A DNA stretch of 64,000 nt from Balanoglossus misakiensis (Eukaryota; Animalia; Hemichordata), in the NCBI GenBank assembly GCA_040954595.2, contig CM082576.2:18027028-18091027 (forward strand), in the 5' to 3' direction. Both the position numbers and the translations under genes were made by a program. Below the pieces are notes generated by a model, which saw only the letters and a program-made list of their open reading frames with translations, was not told where the DNA came from and searched no databases. Numbering within the stretch: position 1 is the stretch's first letter; the number at the start of each line of letters is the position of its first letter. Of this stretch, positions 35,501 to 46,215 are shown in pieces.

Positions 35501-38500
35501 TTATGTTGCACAAGACCTTGTATTCCATTGCCGCGAGCAGAGACATACATATAGCATCAGTTGCTGTCGTAAGCGTTCGTGGACTCGGAGGAATATCCTG
35601 TTTAACCTAATAATATTAATCAACACAATTAGTGTAATTCTGATCAGAGCGGTCATAGGCTATCACCTATCACGCTCAAGTCGAAACGGAGCTCGCGAAT
35701 GTAGGCAGGAAAACACAGACTAGTCTCGAACGCGTAATTACGGCCATTTCCGAATTCAAGTCAACGAAATTCAGGTGTTGTAACTAATACTGTAACGCTC
35801 TACAGTCATTGGAAATGAACTTCTAGTAGAATTAACAGGATTTCTATTTGCACTCGAAGCGAAAGTTTCCCTTGCTCGGTTGAAACGAAAGTCTGCAACC
35901 TTGATCCTTCGATTGTAAGAAGCATCAGATTATTGGCACGATCGTCGTCCAGTCGATTACATCGTGCTGTGTGTGCACGGTGTGTTGTCGACTGAATTCC
36001 CCGTTAACAGGGCAGGGGAGAAACAGGAATCACTAGAGCCATGCTAGTAATTGGAACACAGAGAACAGCTCTCCGTAATATTATATTTTAATATGACGGG
36101 GTTCGCTAGATACTCAGTTTCATTTGAGTAAACGCAAATCGGCACGCCATTTGCCGATTTAGGCCTATATATCACCGCGACGAGTCGAGTCTCTTTTTCT
36201 AATAATAGCTGTGTTTCACGTGATCGCTGACTGGACCACCGGCTCCGTCGAATGTTAATATTTCAACAGGCTGAGCATAATTGAGCGTACTATCTGTTGT
36301 AATTTTGGTTGGAGCGGCAATGAACGAAATGCGATTTCGCTGACAAAATACTGGCCCCAGTATTTAGAAATAACGATTAGAACGCTTCTACGCGAAAAAT
36401 TTCGAGATATTCTCGTCGGAAAAACACGCTTTCGGGGATGGGCTTAATTTCAATTGGATTTTGTTTCTACAATTGGTCAGTAGGCCTATTATGCCAGAGT
36501 TATAGCCATGTTTCAAGACATTCTTTGCTGGTCTATCGATGCTGTCCTGATCAGCAACACAGGCACGCACCACAGGCCAATACTTTTTATTTGTTCGAAC
36601 TACTATAGTTCATGAACGTTTGGGGGGGGGGGGGGGTTATGTAGTTGGAAGGCATCCAGTGCAGCGCTCATTGCCAGCCCACACAAATTAAGAGCGCCGC
36701 ATCCGAAACGTAGGCTGTTGTTTCGTATGGGCTGTGCTAGGCCTAGTAGGGATGTAATTTATATCATCAGCCTTCCTTTTACATGTAGGTACATTGATAA
36801 TCACTGCAGTGGCAACGCGCGTTCAGCGCGTCCACACTTGATTTTATCGGGCTTTACATTACGATTACAGGGATCAGCATCGCATACGTACAAATAAAGA
36901 TACATGTAACCGATGTTCTTGGTGAGACAATAGTTGGACGTCATTTTAGACATGCCTGTGTTGTGCATGTGTAATTCTGAGAAGCTCGTTCTCCACAGAC
37001 ATCATTTCGACTCATACAGGGGTCTCGGTGTTAAAAACCTCGAATGTTTGTCTGGAGGGCAAGAACATAAACACACGTTTGACATGTTAATCGGTGCAAC
37101 AGTGGTGGGAACGTTTTCCGTGTGTTTGCACATCAATGTTTATACAAACGCTAAGTTTTACCATTAACCTATGTGCTGTGCAGATCAAAGGACGCCCGCA
37201 CCTTGCAACAAGATACACACACGGTCCTTCTTCACCGCCCCCAGGCAATTTAGACCAACCGAGTCTAAAACCTGGGAAATGTGTTAAAAACGTGCGATAG
37301 ATGCGTTTACGGAATAAACATTACGAAGAGAAGTGCATGTGACTAATGCAAACTAGACGGTTTTTAGATACAACTTTCTTTTACACATGTATGTTTTCTA
37401 TTTATTATTGTTCCGAAGATTCAAGGGGCATACGTTTTCAAGTCCCTTCTCGCTCTCTTCGCTGGAAGAAACATTTTAAACCCAATGCATTACGGGTTAT
37501 TGTGCATTCCTAAAACATACTATAAGTATTGAGTATACTAAGAGTTTTGATGACTACTCTTGTCTGATTTGTAAATATACAGCTCTCCCCAGGCCCAAAC
37601 AGCGTCGGGGGCCCCGACGCTATCACTAATGGCCCAGCTTTCCCCCGACGCATTTATGTCTGCCCGCTATGCCGAACGTGTCACTGTCAACTCCCGTATT
37701 TTTGCCTTATGTCCGCTTTTGTTTTCACCATAACTTGCTGCTTCCTTTCAATTCTTGATGAATAGTGAACACAACTGAGTCATTTCACATCTTTCAGGGC
37801 GTCAATCATGGCTTTAATCACCCTAGAAGCAATATTTGCTGGTTTTGTATCTCTGTATACTTTTCTAGTTTTTATTTTGTCTGTTGTTGGAACCATAGAC
37901 GCATGTTGGAACCGTAATTGGCCAGTTTTGCGCTGTTGGTCACACGTTATTCATGAAAGGATGAGCTTGAAAACAATGTCATTCATGAGGTCACTTCCAC
38001 TATTAGACGCATGTATGCATTATAAGGTCAATAAGCATATAAACATTGTATCATATTGTTCTAACAAATGTTACAGCGCTTAGCGCCATAAATAGGGTTC
38101 CAACCACTGCGTGGTCGGATTTTTTTCATCTAGGAGGCTGAGTGGCATTGCGCGAGTGTCCCGAGATATATGGAGCGCCGCACACGCGACTGTACCTTGT
38201 TGCCTACCGTACTTTGAAATCATATGCCAATGTGTTGTTTATTCGCATAAAAATCATGTCAATGTAATGAAGAGATATTTATTTGTGATTTTTATAACAA
38301 CGGCGTTTTACAAACGCTACAGAGAAGGTTCAAATGATCATTATCGCAACCTGTACTGCGCCTCCACCTGCCACAATCACACACTGATATGCTAATAACC
38401 GATCGTCTGACATATATGACATATACCATAGTCATGACATGATGTTCAAAGCCAGTGGGACCTAGTCGGCCCAATGACATTCGTTCTGGCATGCACTTCA

Positions 38501-38934
38501 AATGTCGATGACATATAGCAAAGCAAAACGGTTAAATTAGGCTATTGTTTCAATTGTATGACTGTCAAAGATCGAATGAGGTGGTGGTATTTTAATAAGA
38601 AAAAGTAGCTAGGCCACCAGTACCGCAAAGTAGCCGACCAGGTTGCCGATGGCTGGCGCTTCCTGAAAACTGTGGCCGTCTTTATAACGTGCATAAATGT
38701 GTATATATTCGTTGAGTCATTTAACCATCTTTATACTTTGCATAAAGGTGCATATAATCGGTAAGCCATTATACTCATTTACGCAACCAATTAAAGGAGA
38801 TAGCAAGATAAACACTGTTGACCAACTTCACACCTCTTTAAGCGGTTGCATAAAGGGGCTTGTAAAAGAAGACCAACTTTATGCAGTATTATGCAATTGC
38901 ATAAAATGAGTTAAAATGCCTATTTCGTGCTGTG

Positions 38935-39448
38935 ATGGTCTACCATACGCAGGAGCATCTGGCCTGTACGCAGGATGGAATGAACTATCATACCCCCGAG
39001 AGTCGGTATGATGTTGACTTACCCTATCCTGCGTATAGTCTGGTTCGTCAAATCGCCTCGATCGAATAGGTGCTTTGGGTTGTTGATGTCGTGAAGGTCG
39101 TTGAACATGTCTGCTTTCGCGTTCTTTCGTGACCTTGTCAATCCTTTCCATCCATTCCTTCATGCTATCTTCATCACTATCCTTCCCGCTGTCTTCCTCA
39201 TCTTCCCAGAACGGGGCGAGATGGGTAGTTGTGTTCATGGATGGTTTGGCTGAAGCACCTGGTGGGTCGAAGTCGGCCATCTCCGTGAATTCTTCGGATG
39301 GTTTGAACCTAGGAATACTGCATACCATCTCATATGTTACATAGCCATGTCGTTCACGTAATCGCAGAATCGCCTTGGCTATTTTCCGTCCCACTCCAGG
39401 TAGACATTGAAGAGTTCCTAGAGTACTGGTGTTGACGTTGATTTTCAT
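38935..39448 (-). CDS. gag: Gag, N-terminal part with a ComEA-like helix-hairpin-helix domain
   Basis: MKINVNTSTLGTLQCLPGVGRKIAKAILRLRERHG matches the ComEA/HHH_3 pattern. Joins 22130 in frame after CACTA removal (AYGRP-YPRSVRDE; 557 aa total). Confidence 0.88.
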
Positions 39449-40613
39449 GATGGCGCGTTAGAAATTATTGAGATGGAAGTTGCAGATACCGTTGTCGGAA
39501 AATATTACCCACACAAGGACAGAGTAATATTTAACAAAGTGATATTACTCGTAATAATTACTGAGCAATACCCAAATTGATCAGTTTGTCACAAGAATAA
39601 TCAATGACAATGACCAATCAATTATATCACAACAATAATAGAACCCGCAATTATACAGAGTAATATAATGTGATAATAAGTACGACTGATATCAATAATA
39701 CAGTAATTGGAATGGCTCACAATAATAAAACTCGCAATAATACTGAGTAATACAATGCGACACCAAATATTATTGATATAGCGAATAATTGAACAGTTTC
39801 AACACTTACCAATTGCTGAGGAATTACAGTTCTGTACTGATACTGTGTGGTACAACTAGTAAAAATGCGAAACAAAGCGGAATTTGTTAAAGCGAAACTT
39901 TTCAGAAGTAAAACAACAAATAAAAGACAAGTCCGAAAGCTGGAACTTGTCCGCACAAAAAGTACGTAAAATTATGACGAAAGGTGCGGTGTACAGAACT
40001 GCCACAAAAAATGGCTTCTTTGACGAAATGGCTTCCTCGTCAATGCAATGGTGGCACCAATACTAGCAGAAAGTTACTTTCCAAGCTATCCGTACACACA
40101 CAACGGCAGTATAACGGGCTAGGAAGTATAACTGCAAATCTTACCTTGCCGTGTTCGGAAGTTCGCCGTACACACAAAAAATACGGTAAGACAAAGTACA
40201 CGTAAAACAACACAGAAATAAGTTGTGAAACTTTTCCTTGAAACGTGCACAGAAAAAAAAACGGCACAGTGTAGCGGAAAATTCCTCTCACTGAATTTCT
40301 TGAACTTGGCCCCAGCTGTCCGAACTTCAATAAATATTACAAGCTTTACCGGAACAACTGGAGATTCGTTCCCAGTTTTCTCTCGACTTCCACTAGTTCT
40401 CTGTCTCCCACCAGAAAAACTAATGAAGACGGTTTCTTGGTGCAAGTGTTGAAAACTGAAAGCACTTGGGCGTCCGCACTACTCCTATAAGTTTCAAGCG
40501 GAAAGCCGCGACGCAACTTTAACGATAGCGAGTACTCCGACTACTTATCCTCAAAAATTGGCAAAAAGTTACCAACGGAGTTTTTTCACCTTTTCTCCAC
40601 TAGGGTTGAAAAG

Positions 40614-40624
40614 TCGCAGCGCCA
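40614..40624 (-). other. Primer-binding site (TGGCGCTGCGA, tRNA-Ser-like)
   Basis: TGG start 2 nt inside the 5' LTR boundary. The tRNA identity is inferred. Confidence 0.6.
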
Positions 40625-40626
40625 AT

Positions 40627-40887
40627 TGTAGTAAATACCGGTTACTAACCTGGTAGGTACTACGGGTTGTCTTATTCCGGGCCACAGAGTTTTGCTTGGT
40701 ACTGGTCGTCAGTCCTGGTAGCGTGTTGCTCTGCTGCTGGTCCGGGTCGTTCTCGTTCTGATAGTTGAGAAACGTGGGTAAAAACCAGTAGCACAGGTGC
40801 AGGGCATTCCGTAGTGCAATTACGTCAGAGGCGTCCCACCTGTACAGCAGGGCGCCACCAACGGCCAGAAGCCCACAAATTACTACA
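40627..40887 (-). repeat. 5' LTR (261 bp)
   Basis: Direct repeat of 13474-13734. Confidence 0.97.
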
Positions 40888-42410
40888 GCAGCATAACTCC
40901 AATGATCTTATTTGCACCGCAGCGGTGCAAATAAGAGTTCCCTGCACCGCAGCGGTGCGAATAAGAGTTCCCTCCCCAACAACGATCTGACCGTTCTTTA
41001 TTCACTCCTCGGCGACAAAAACGTTTTATTACGGCCTAAATAATGACTTTTTCGCTCCTTGGTTGGTCATGCGGACGGAAAGACACGGTTTTAGCGAGTT
41101 TATCTTTCACTCTGCTGAGCACTCCGTATTCAGACTTACGCAAGTGAACCGCGACAAAAAATGGCCCAGTTTCCCTGCATGTTACTTATACCCGATAGAT
41201 GAAAAAAGCAGCGTAGATATTGAAATGAATTGGATTTATGAAATTGTTAAAATTACAATTATAATGTCGTTAAAAGTTCTCACAAAAAATAGAAATAGTA
41301 AAAAAGTGGTCTCGAACCAACATCAGTTGACATCCTCAGGTAAAAGCTTTCCTGAAACTTTCGCCATCACGATGTGTACTCGAAAAAGTCGGAAATTTTC
41401 CGCACTATATTGCAGCATAACTCCAATGATCTTATTTGCACCGCAGCTGTGCAAATACGAGTTCCCTGCACCGTAGCGGTGCGAATAAGAGTTCCCTGGC
41501 CCCGCAACGATCTGACCGTTCTTTATTTACTCCTCGGCGACATAAAACGTTTTATTACGGCTTAAATAACGACTTTTTCGCTCCTTGGTTGGTCATTCGG
41601 ACGGAAAGACAGGGTTTTAGCGAGTTTATCTTCTCTCTGCTGAGCACTCCGTTATTCAGACTTGCCCAAGTGAACCGCGACAAAAAATGGCCAAGTTTCT
41701 CTGCATGTTTGTTATACCAGACAGATAAAAAACGCAGCGTAGATATTGAAATTAATTGGATTTATGAAAATGATAAAAATTACAATTAAAATGTCGTTAA
41801 AAGTTCTCACAAAAAAGAAATAGAAAAATAAAGTGGTCTCGAACCAACATCAGTCGACACCTTCGGGTAAAAGGCTAGCCTTCCTGAACCTTTCGCCATC
41901 ATGATGTGTACTCGAAAAAGTCGGACATTTTTCGCTCTATATTGCAGCATAACTCCAATGATCTTATTTGCACCGCAGCAAATAAGAGTTCCCTGCATCG
42001 CAGCGGTGCGAATAAGATTTCCCTCCCCAACAACGATCTGACCGTTCTGTATTCACTCCTCGGCGACAAAAACGTTTTATTACGGCCTAAATAACGACTT
42101 TTTCGCTCCTTGGTTGGTCTTGCGGACGGAAAGACACGGTTTAGCGAGTTTATCTTTCTCTCTGATGAGCACTACGTATTCAGACTTGCCCAAGTGAACC
42201 GCGACAAAAAAATGGCCAAGTTTCACTGCATGTTTGTTATACCAGACAGATAAAAAACGCAGCGTAGATATTGAAATGAATTGGATTTATGAAAATGGAA
42301 AAAAATTACAATGAAAACGTCGTTAAAAGTTCTCACAAAAAAGAAATAGAAAAATAAAGTGGTCTCGAACCAACATCAGTCGACTCCTTCGGGTAAAAGG
42401 CTAGCCTTCC
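40888..42410. repeat. Continuation of the ~530-bp tandem array (~3 units)
   Basis: Resumes exactly at gcagcataactccaatg after the LTR and ends abruptly at the LINE 3' end. Confidence 0.96.
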
Positions 42411-45274
42411 TTTTTTTAATCTTTTATTAAAAAGGACAGGCCCACTGGCTTGACCTGTTAAAAATAATTTGTACATTACAAGAAGCTTGTAATTACAGTC
42501 ATAGATTCATTTTAAATAATGCCATAAATTCTCAACACGTTACACTACTAATGCCAATCATTACAATATTGATGAAAAATCATACACCGAAATGAATGCA
42601 TGTGTAGTCAAGTCATTCAACATAAACAATCTTTAAATTCACAATATTGCATTACAGCATTCCATCATTTATGTAAGTCCTACTCCAATCTGTCATATAA
42701 TTGTGACATACAATTTAATTACAGGAACAATTACCAGTAAAAAAAGATGGTATGTAACACCAGAGGGCGCCAGGTTCAACTGAAGGTGACAACATAGACA
42801 AAACGATTGTTTAAAAATTGAAGGTAAAGTCAAAATTTTTTACCGTTACAAGTACATTGTTTTGTGCAAAGATGCTTTCAAATAGCGCAACATCATCACT
42901 TACTTTGCACCTGTTATATTCAAAAGTGATTTTCTGTTTTAATTTGTAGTTAAAGAACATGATCAAGTCGATTTTCCGAGTACAACGCTTGTATGCTAAT
43001 CTTCTACTATGAATTGTATAACGTGAAAGTGTCAATAAAATATTGATCAGCGTGTACTCGTACTTGTCATCCTTGACAGTATAACCAAATAACTTCATTA
43101 GAATTATATCTGTTGGGTTTAAACTTATTTACATTACAGGCACTGTTGATATACTCAAAAACAAGTTGCCACAGGGATTGAATTGTCTGGCGGCACACAA
43201 ACAAATTATACACGTCTTCGGGAAAAAATGTGCAGAAGTCACAAGTCGGACTGAGGATTTTGCCTGATTTATAAAGACGAAGATTACTAAAACAGCGTTG
43301 TGACAAATGAGATAATCCAGATCACCCAGGTAGTTATCCTTGAAATTTGTGTAAACAATTGGCCAAACCTTACTAAAATCAAAGTTTGGCAGGTGATACA
43401 GCCAATACTGAACACCCGTGGGCACTGTTTTTCTCAGATGCCGAGCTATTGTAGTAATGTGTCTAACCTTAAGAGAATGGAAAGGAACACGTTGATTATG
43501 AGCATTAACAATAAAGAGAGACGAGTTTTTGTCCACTTTGTTATAATCATTGTAATTACTCTGCAGAATTTCATGCCACTTTTGAGGAATTGAATTGAGG
43601 ATTATCTGGTACTGCTTCTCAACAGTATTGCTTGTGGGAGTGTCAGGATGGGCCAATGAAACCATGTCACCAATTGCATCAACAGGTAGGAACCCAGGAA
43701 TGACCTCGTATAACAAATCCCTGATTTTGGCAATGCCAGCTGAACTGAAAAGCTTTACAATCGCCAGGGGGCGCCCTTCAATGAATGGGTTATGAAAAAT
43801 AGGTTCATTGATAATTTCATCGTAGGAAACTGGTTGTGCACGAAGATACTTGAAAAGATGTGACCAAGACTGAAACAATTCCTTGTAGAATGTAGAACAC
43901 TGACGTAAGTTGGTAGGATAAAGTAACATTTTAAAAGTGTCAACACCACAATTGAGATCGAGATACTTACATTTTGTATTTAAGTTGTAGGTGAAAAACA
44001 GCTTGAATTTGTGAACATAATCTTTATCCAGCATTTTACACAACCACTTGAGACGAAGTGCATGCACTTTGTCTAGAATATTTGTGACTTTTAGTCCCCC
44101 ATCGTGAATGTCGGAAGTGATGACATCATATTTCACCCTGTGATGACCTTTGCTCCAGAAGAAATTACAGATGTGCTCATTCAAAATTTGTATGTGTTGC
44201 TGAGGCAAAGAAACAACAGATGCCCGGTACCACAGAGTAGACGTAACAAGGGAGTTGATAATAAGGGTTTTCCCTTTGTAGGACAATTTACGAAATGACC
44301 AAGATATCAGAATTCTGCAGATTTTAGGAATGCGCTGAGCCCAATTGAAATCATTAGCAACTGATTTGTCATGATTCAACATGACACCAAGAATGACCAT
44401 GCCATCCAGTTGAAGCTTAACAGGTAAGGGGCAGTCAGTACGCCCTCTTTTGTTTCCTATCCACATCAAAGCACTTTTGTTCAGATTAACCTTTGATCCA
44501 GAAGCTTTACCATAATCACAAAAGACCTGATACGCTTCGCGGATAGAATGGTCATCGCTAACGGTTAGAGTGGTGTCATCAGCATGTTGGTAAACTAAGG
44601 AAGATACAGTACTGCCAGGAATTTGAATACCATGTATGTTGTGGTTATGCTGAATAGCGGCATTTAGAGGCTCAGCTGACAGCACGTACAACATTGCTGA
44701 CAGCGGGCACCCTTGTCTGACACTTCGTTTAATTAACACCGAGTCAGACAAAAACCCGTTAATTTTTACATTACTCATAACCTGGTTATACAGTATGGAA
44801 ATCCATTTAACAAAATTATCACCGAACCTGTGATGTTTATTGACAAACTCTAACACTGAAGAATACTCGGAAAGTACAGACCATAATATGTGTACTACAA
44901 TATCGAAGGGCATGATGGGTAATGCATACGTCATTGTTTAGGCAATATATATCACATCTCCCCTTTTTTTTTGAGCTGAACACACAATAAATGTTCAAAG
45001 AATGTTTGCTTGTGAGTGAGAATGTCTTTCAATAATACTGTTCAGGTTTCATATAAACTGTCACCATTCATAGCATTGTAAGCATTTTCTAAACAAAACA
45101 ACTGAAGTCTCTTGGTGTGAAACAAAACACAAACATTTTTTTTAACACTGTGTGGGAAGTCAGAGGTTCAAGCACTTGACTTCCAGTTGGAGAGGATCTT
45201 TACCATCCACTCTTACCAGAAACATATTCAGAACACTGGAACAACATTTTTTTTTTTTGTCAGCACAATCACTG

Positions 45275-46215
45275 TCATTCTGTAACATAGTCATTTCGAT
45301 AACGTTCTGGCATCCTGATCACACGTCCACTTGATGTTCGCTTTTCAGATGGATGCTTTGTTGTTTCGGGAGCATCTTCCAGTGGCAAGGCTGTTTGTGC
45401 ATCGTCAATCGGCATGTTTTCATCGTCTGGTGGTTCCTGGTCATGTGCTGATATCATACTGGATTTGGGCCACGGTGCTTTCAATAGATGTCTCCTGTTT
45501 CGCCGGTACTGTTGGCCTTCGGGAGTGGTGACGATGTATGATCGTGGGGATCCATGTTTTCCGGTAACAGTTGCTGGTTTCCACACCTTGTCACATCTTA
45601 TTCCTACAGTCTCGTCTTCTTTGATTTGTGGCAGTGTTTTGGTGTGTTGGTCATAGTATTTCTTCTGCTTCTCTTGTCGGATCAACAACTCAGATCTTGC
45701 TTCAGTGGCCACTTGTGGACTCAGCATTCTTGGTGAGACAGGTATCTTAGACTTCAACATTCTGCTCATCAATAGTTGTGCTGGTGAGGTGGTCATACCT
45801 GACACCGGTGTGTTTCGGTACTCCAGGAGCGCTATGTATGGATCTTTGTTGTCATCCATTGCCTTTTTGAGCAATTTCTTGACGGTTTAAATGGCTCTCT
45901 CACTCATGCCATTCGACTGGGCATAGGTTGGGCTTGATGTGGTGATTTTGAACCCCCATTCCGTGGCAAACTGTCGGAAACGCTGGCTCGCAAATGGAAC
46001 ATTGTCGGCTAGAACTTCATCAGGAATACCGTGTCGTGCGAAGACTGACTTCATTTGGGTTATCACGGCTTCTGCTGTCTTTGCTTTGAGCAAACCTATT
46101 TCTGGGTACTTCGAGAAATAATCCACCATCAGGAGGTAGTCACTGCCATTCAAATGGAAGATATCAGCCCCAATCTTTTGCCACACGCGCTCAGGAACAG
46201 GGTGAGGTATCAACG
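45275..46215 (-). pseudogene. Integrase core and C-terminus of the Mag element (HHCC domain missing, frameshifted)
   Basis: WQKIGADIF, VDYFSKY, ADNVPF, SNGMSERAI, then a frameshift into ALLEYRNTP...PRSYIV...YRRNRRHL. Confidence 0.88.

Larger units (their letters stand above)
22134..38934 (+). mobile_element. CACTA/EnSpm (CMC) DNA transposon, 16.8 kb, inserted in gag
   Basis: Ends CACAGGATGAAA...TTTCGTGCTGTG. 3-bp TSD ATG (22131-22133, 38935-38937). Subterminal TTTATGCA/TGCATAAA repeats at both ends. Internal transposase gene. In-silico excision restores the gag frame. Confidence 0.93.
13474..40887 (-). mobile_element. Ty3/Gypsy LTR retrotransposon with HhH-Gag, PHD-Pol and a TatD ORF3; native ~10.6 kb, interrupted by a 16.8-kb CACTA element
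   Basis: 261-bp direct repeats at 13474-13734 and 40627-40887 with TGTAGTAA...TTACTACA ends. 4-bp TSD GCAG (13470-13473, 40888-40891) restores the array unit. PBS and PPT present; PR-RT-RH-IN order. Confidence 0.97.

Noticed and set aside
13857-39448. Bacterial contamination or a prokaryotic comEA/tatD locus
   Set aside because: Both domains lie in LTR-bounded retrotransposon ORFs amid spliceosomal-intron genes and animal transposons; there is no operon-like context.
13474-40887. A natively 27-kb giant LTR retrotransposon
   Set aside because: 16.8 kb of it is a nested CACTA element with its own TIRs and ATG TSD; removing it restores gag. Native length is ~10.6 kb.
44829-44934. N-terminus MTYALPIMPF... 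of the 601-aa ORF
   Set aside because: It is read from the inserted LTR; the real LINE ORF2 continues from 48823.
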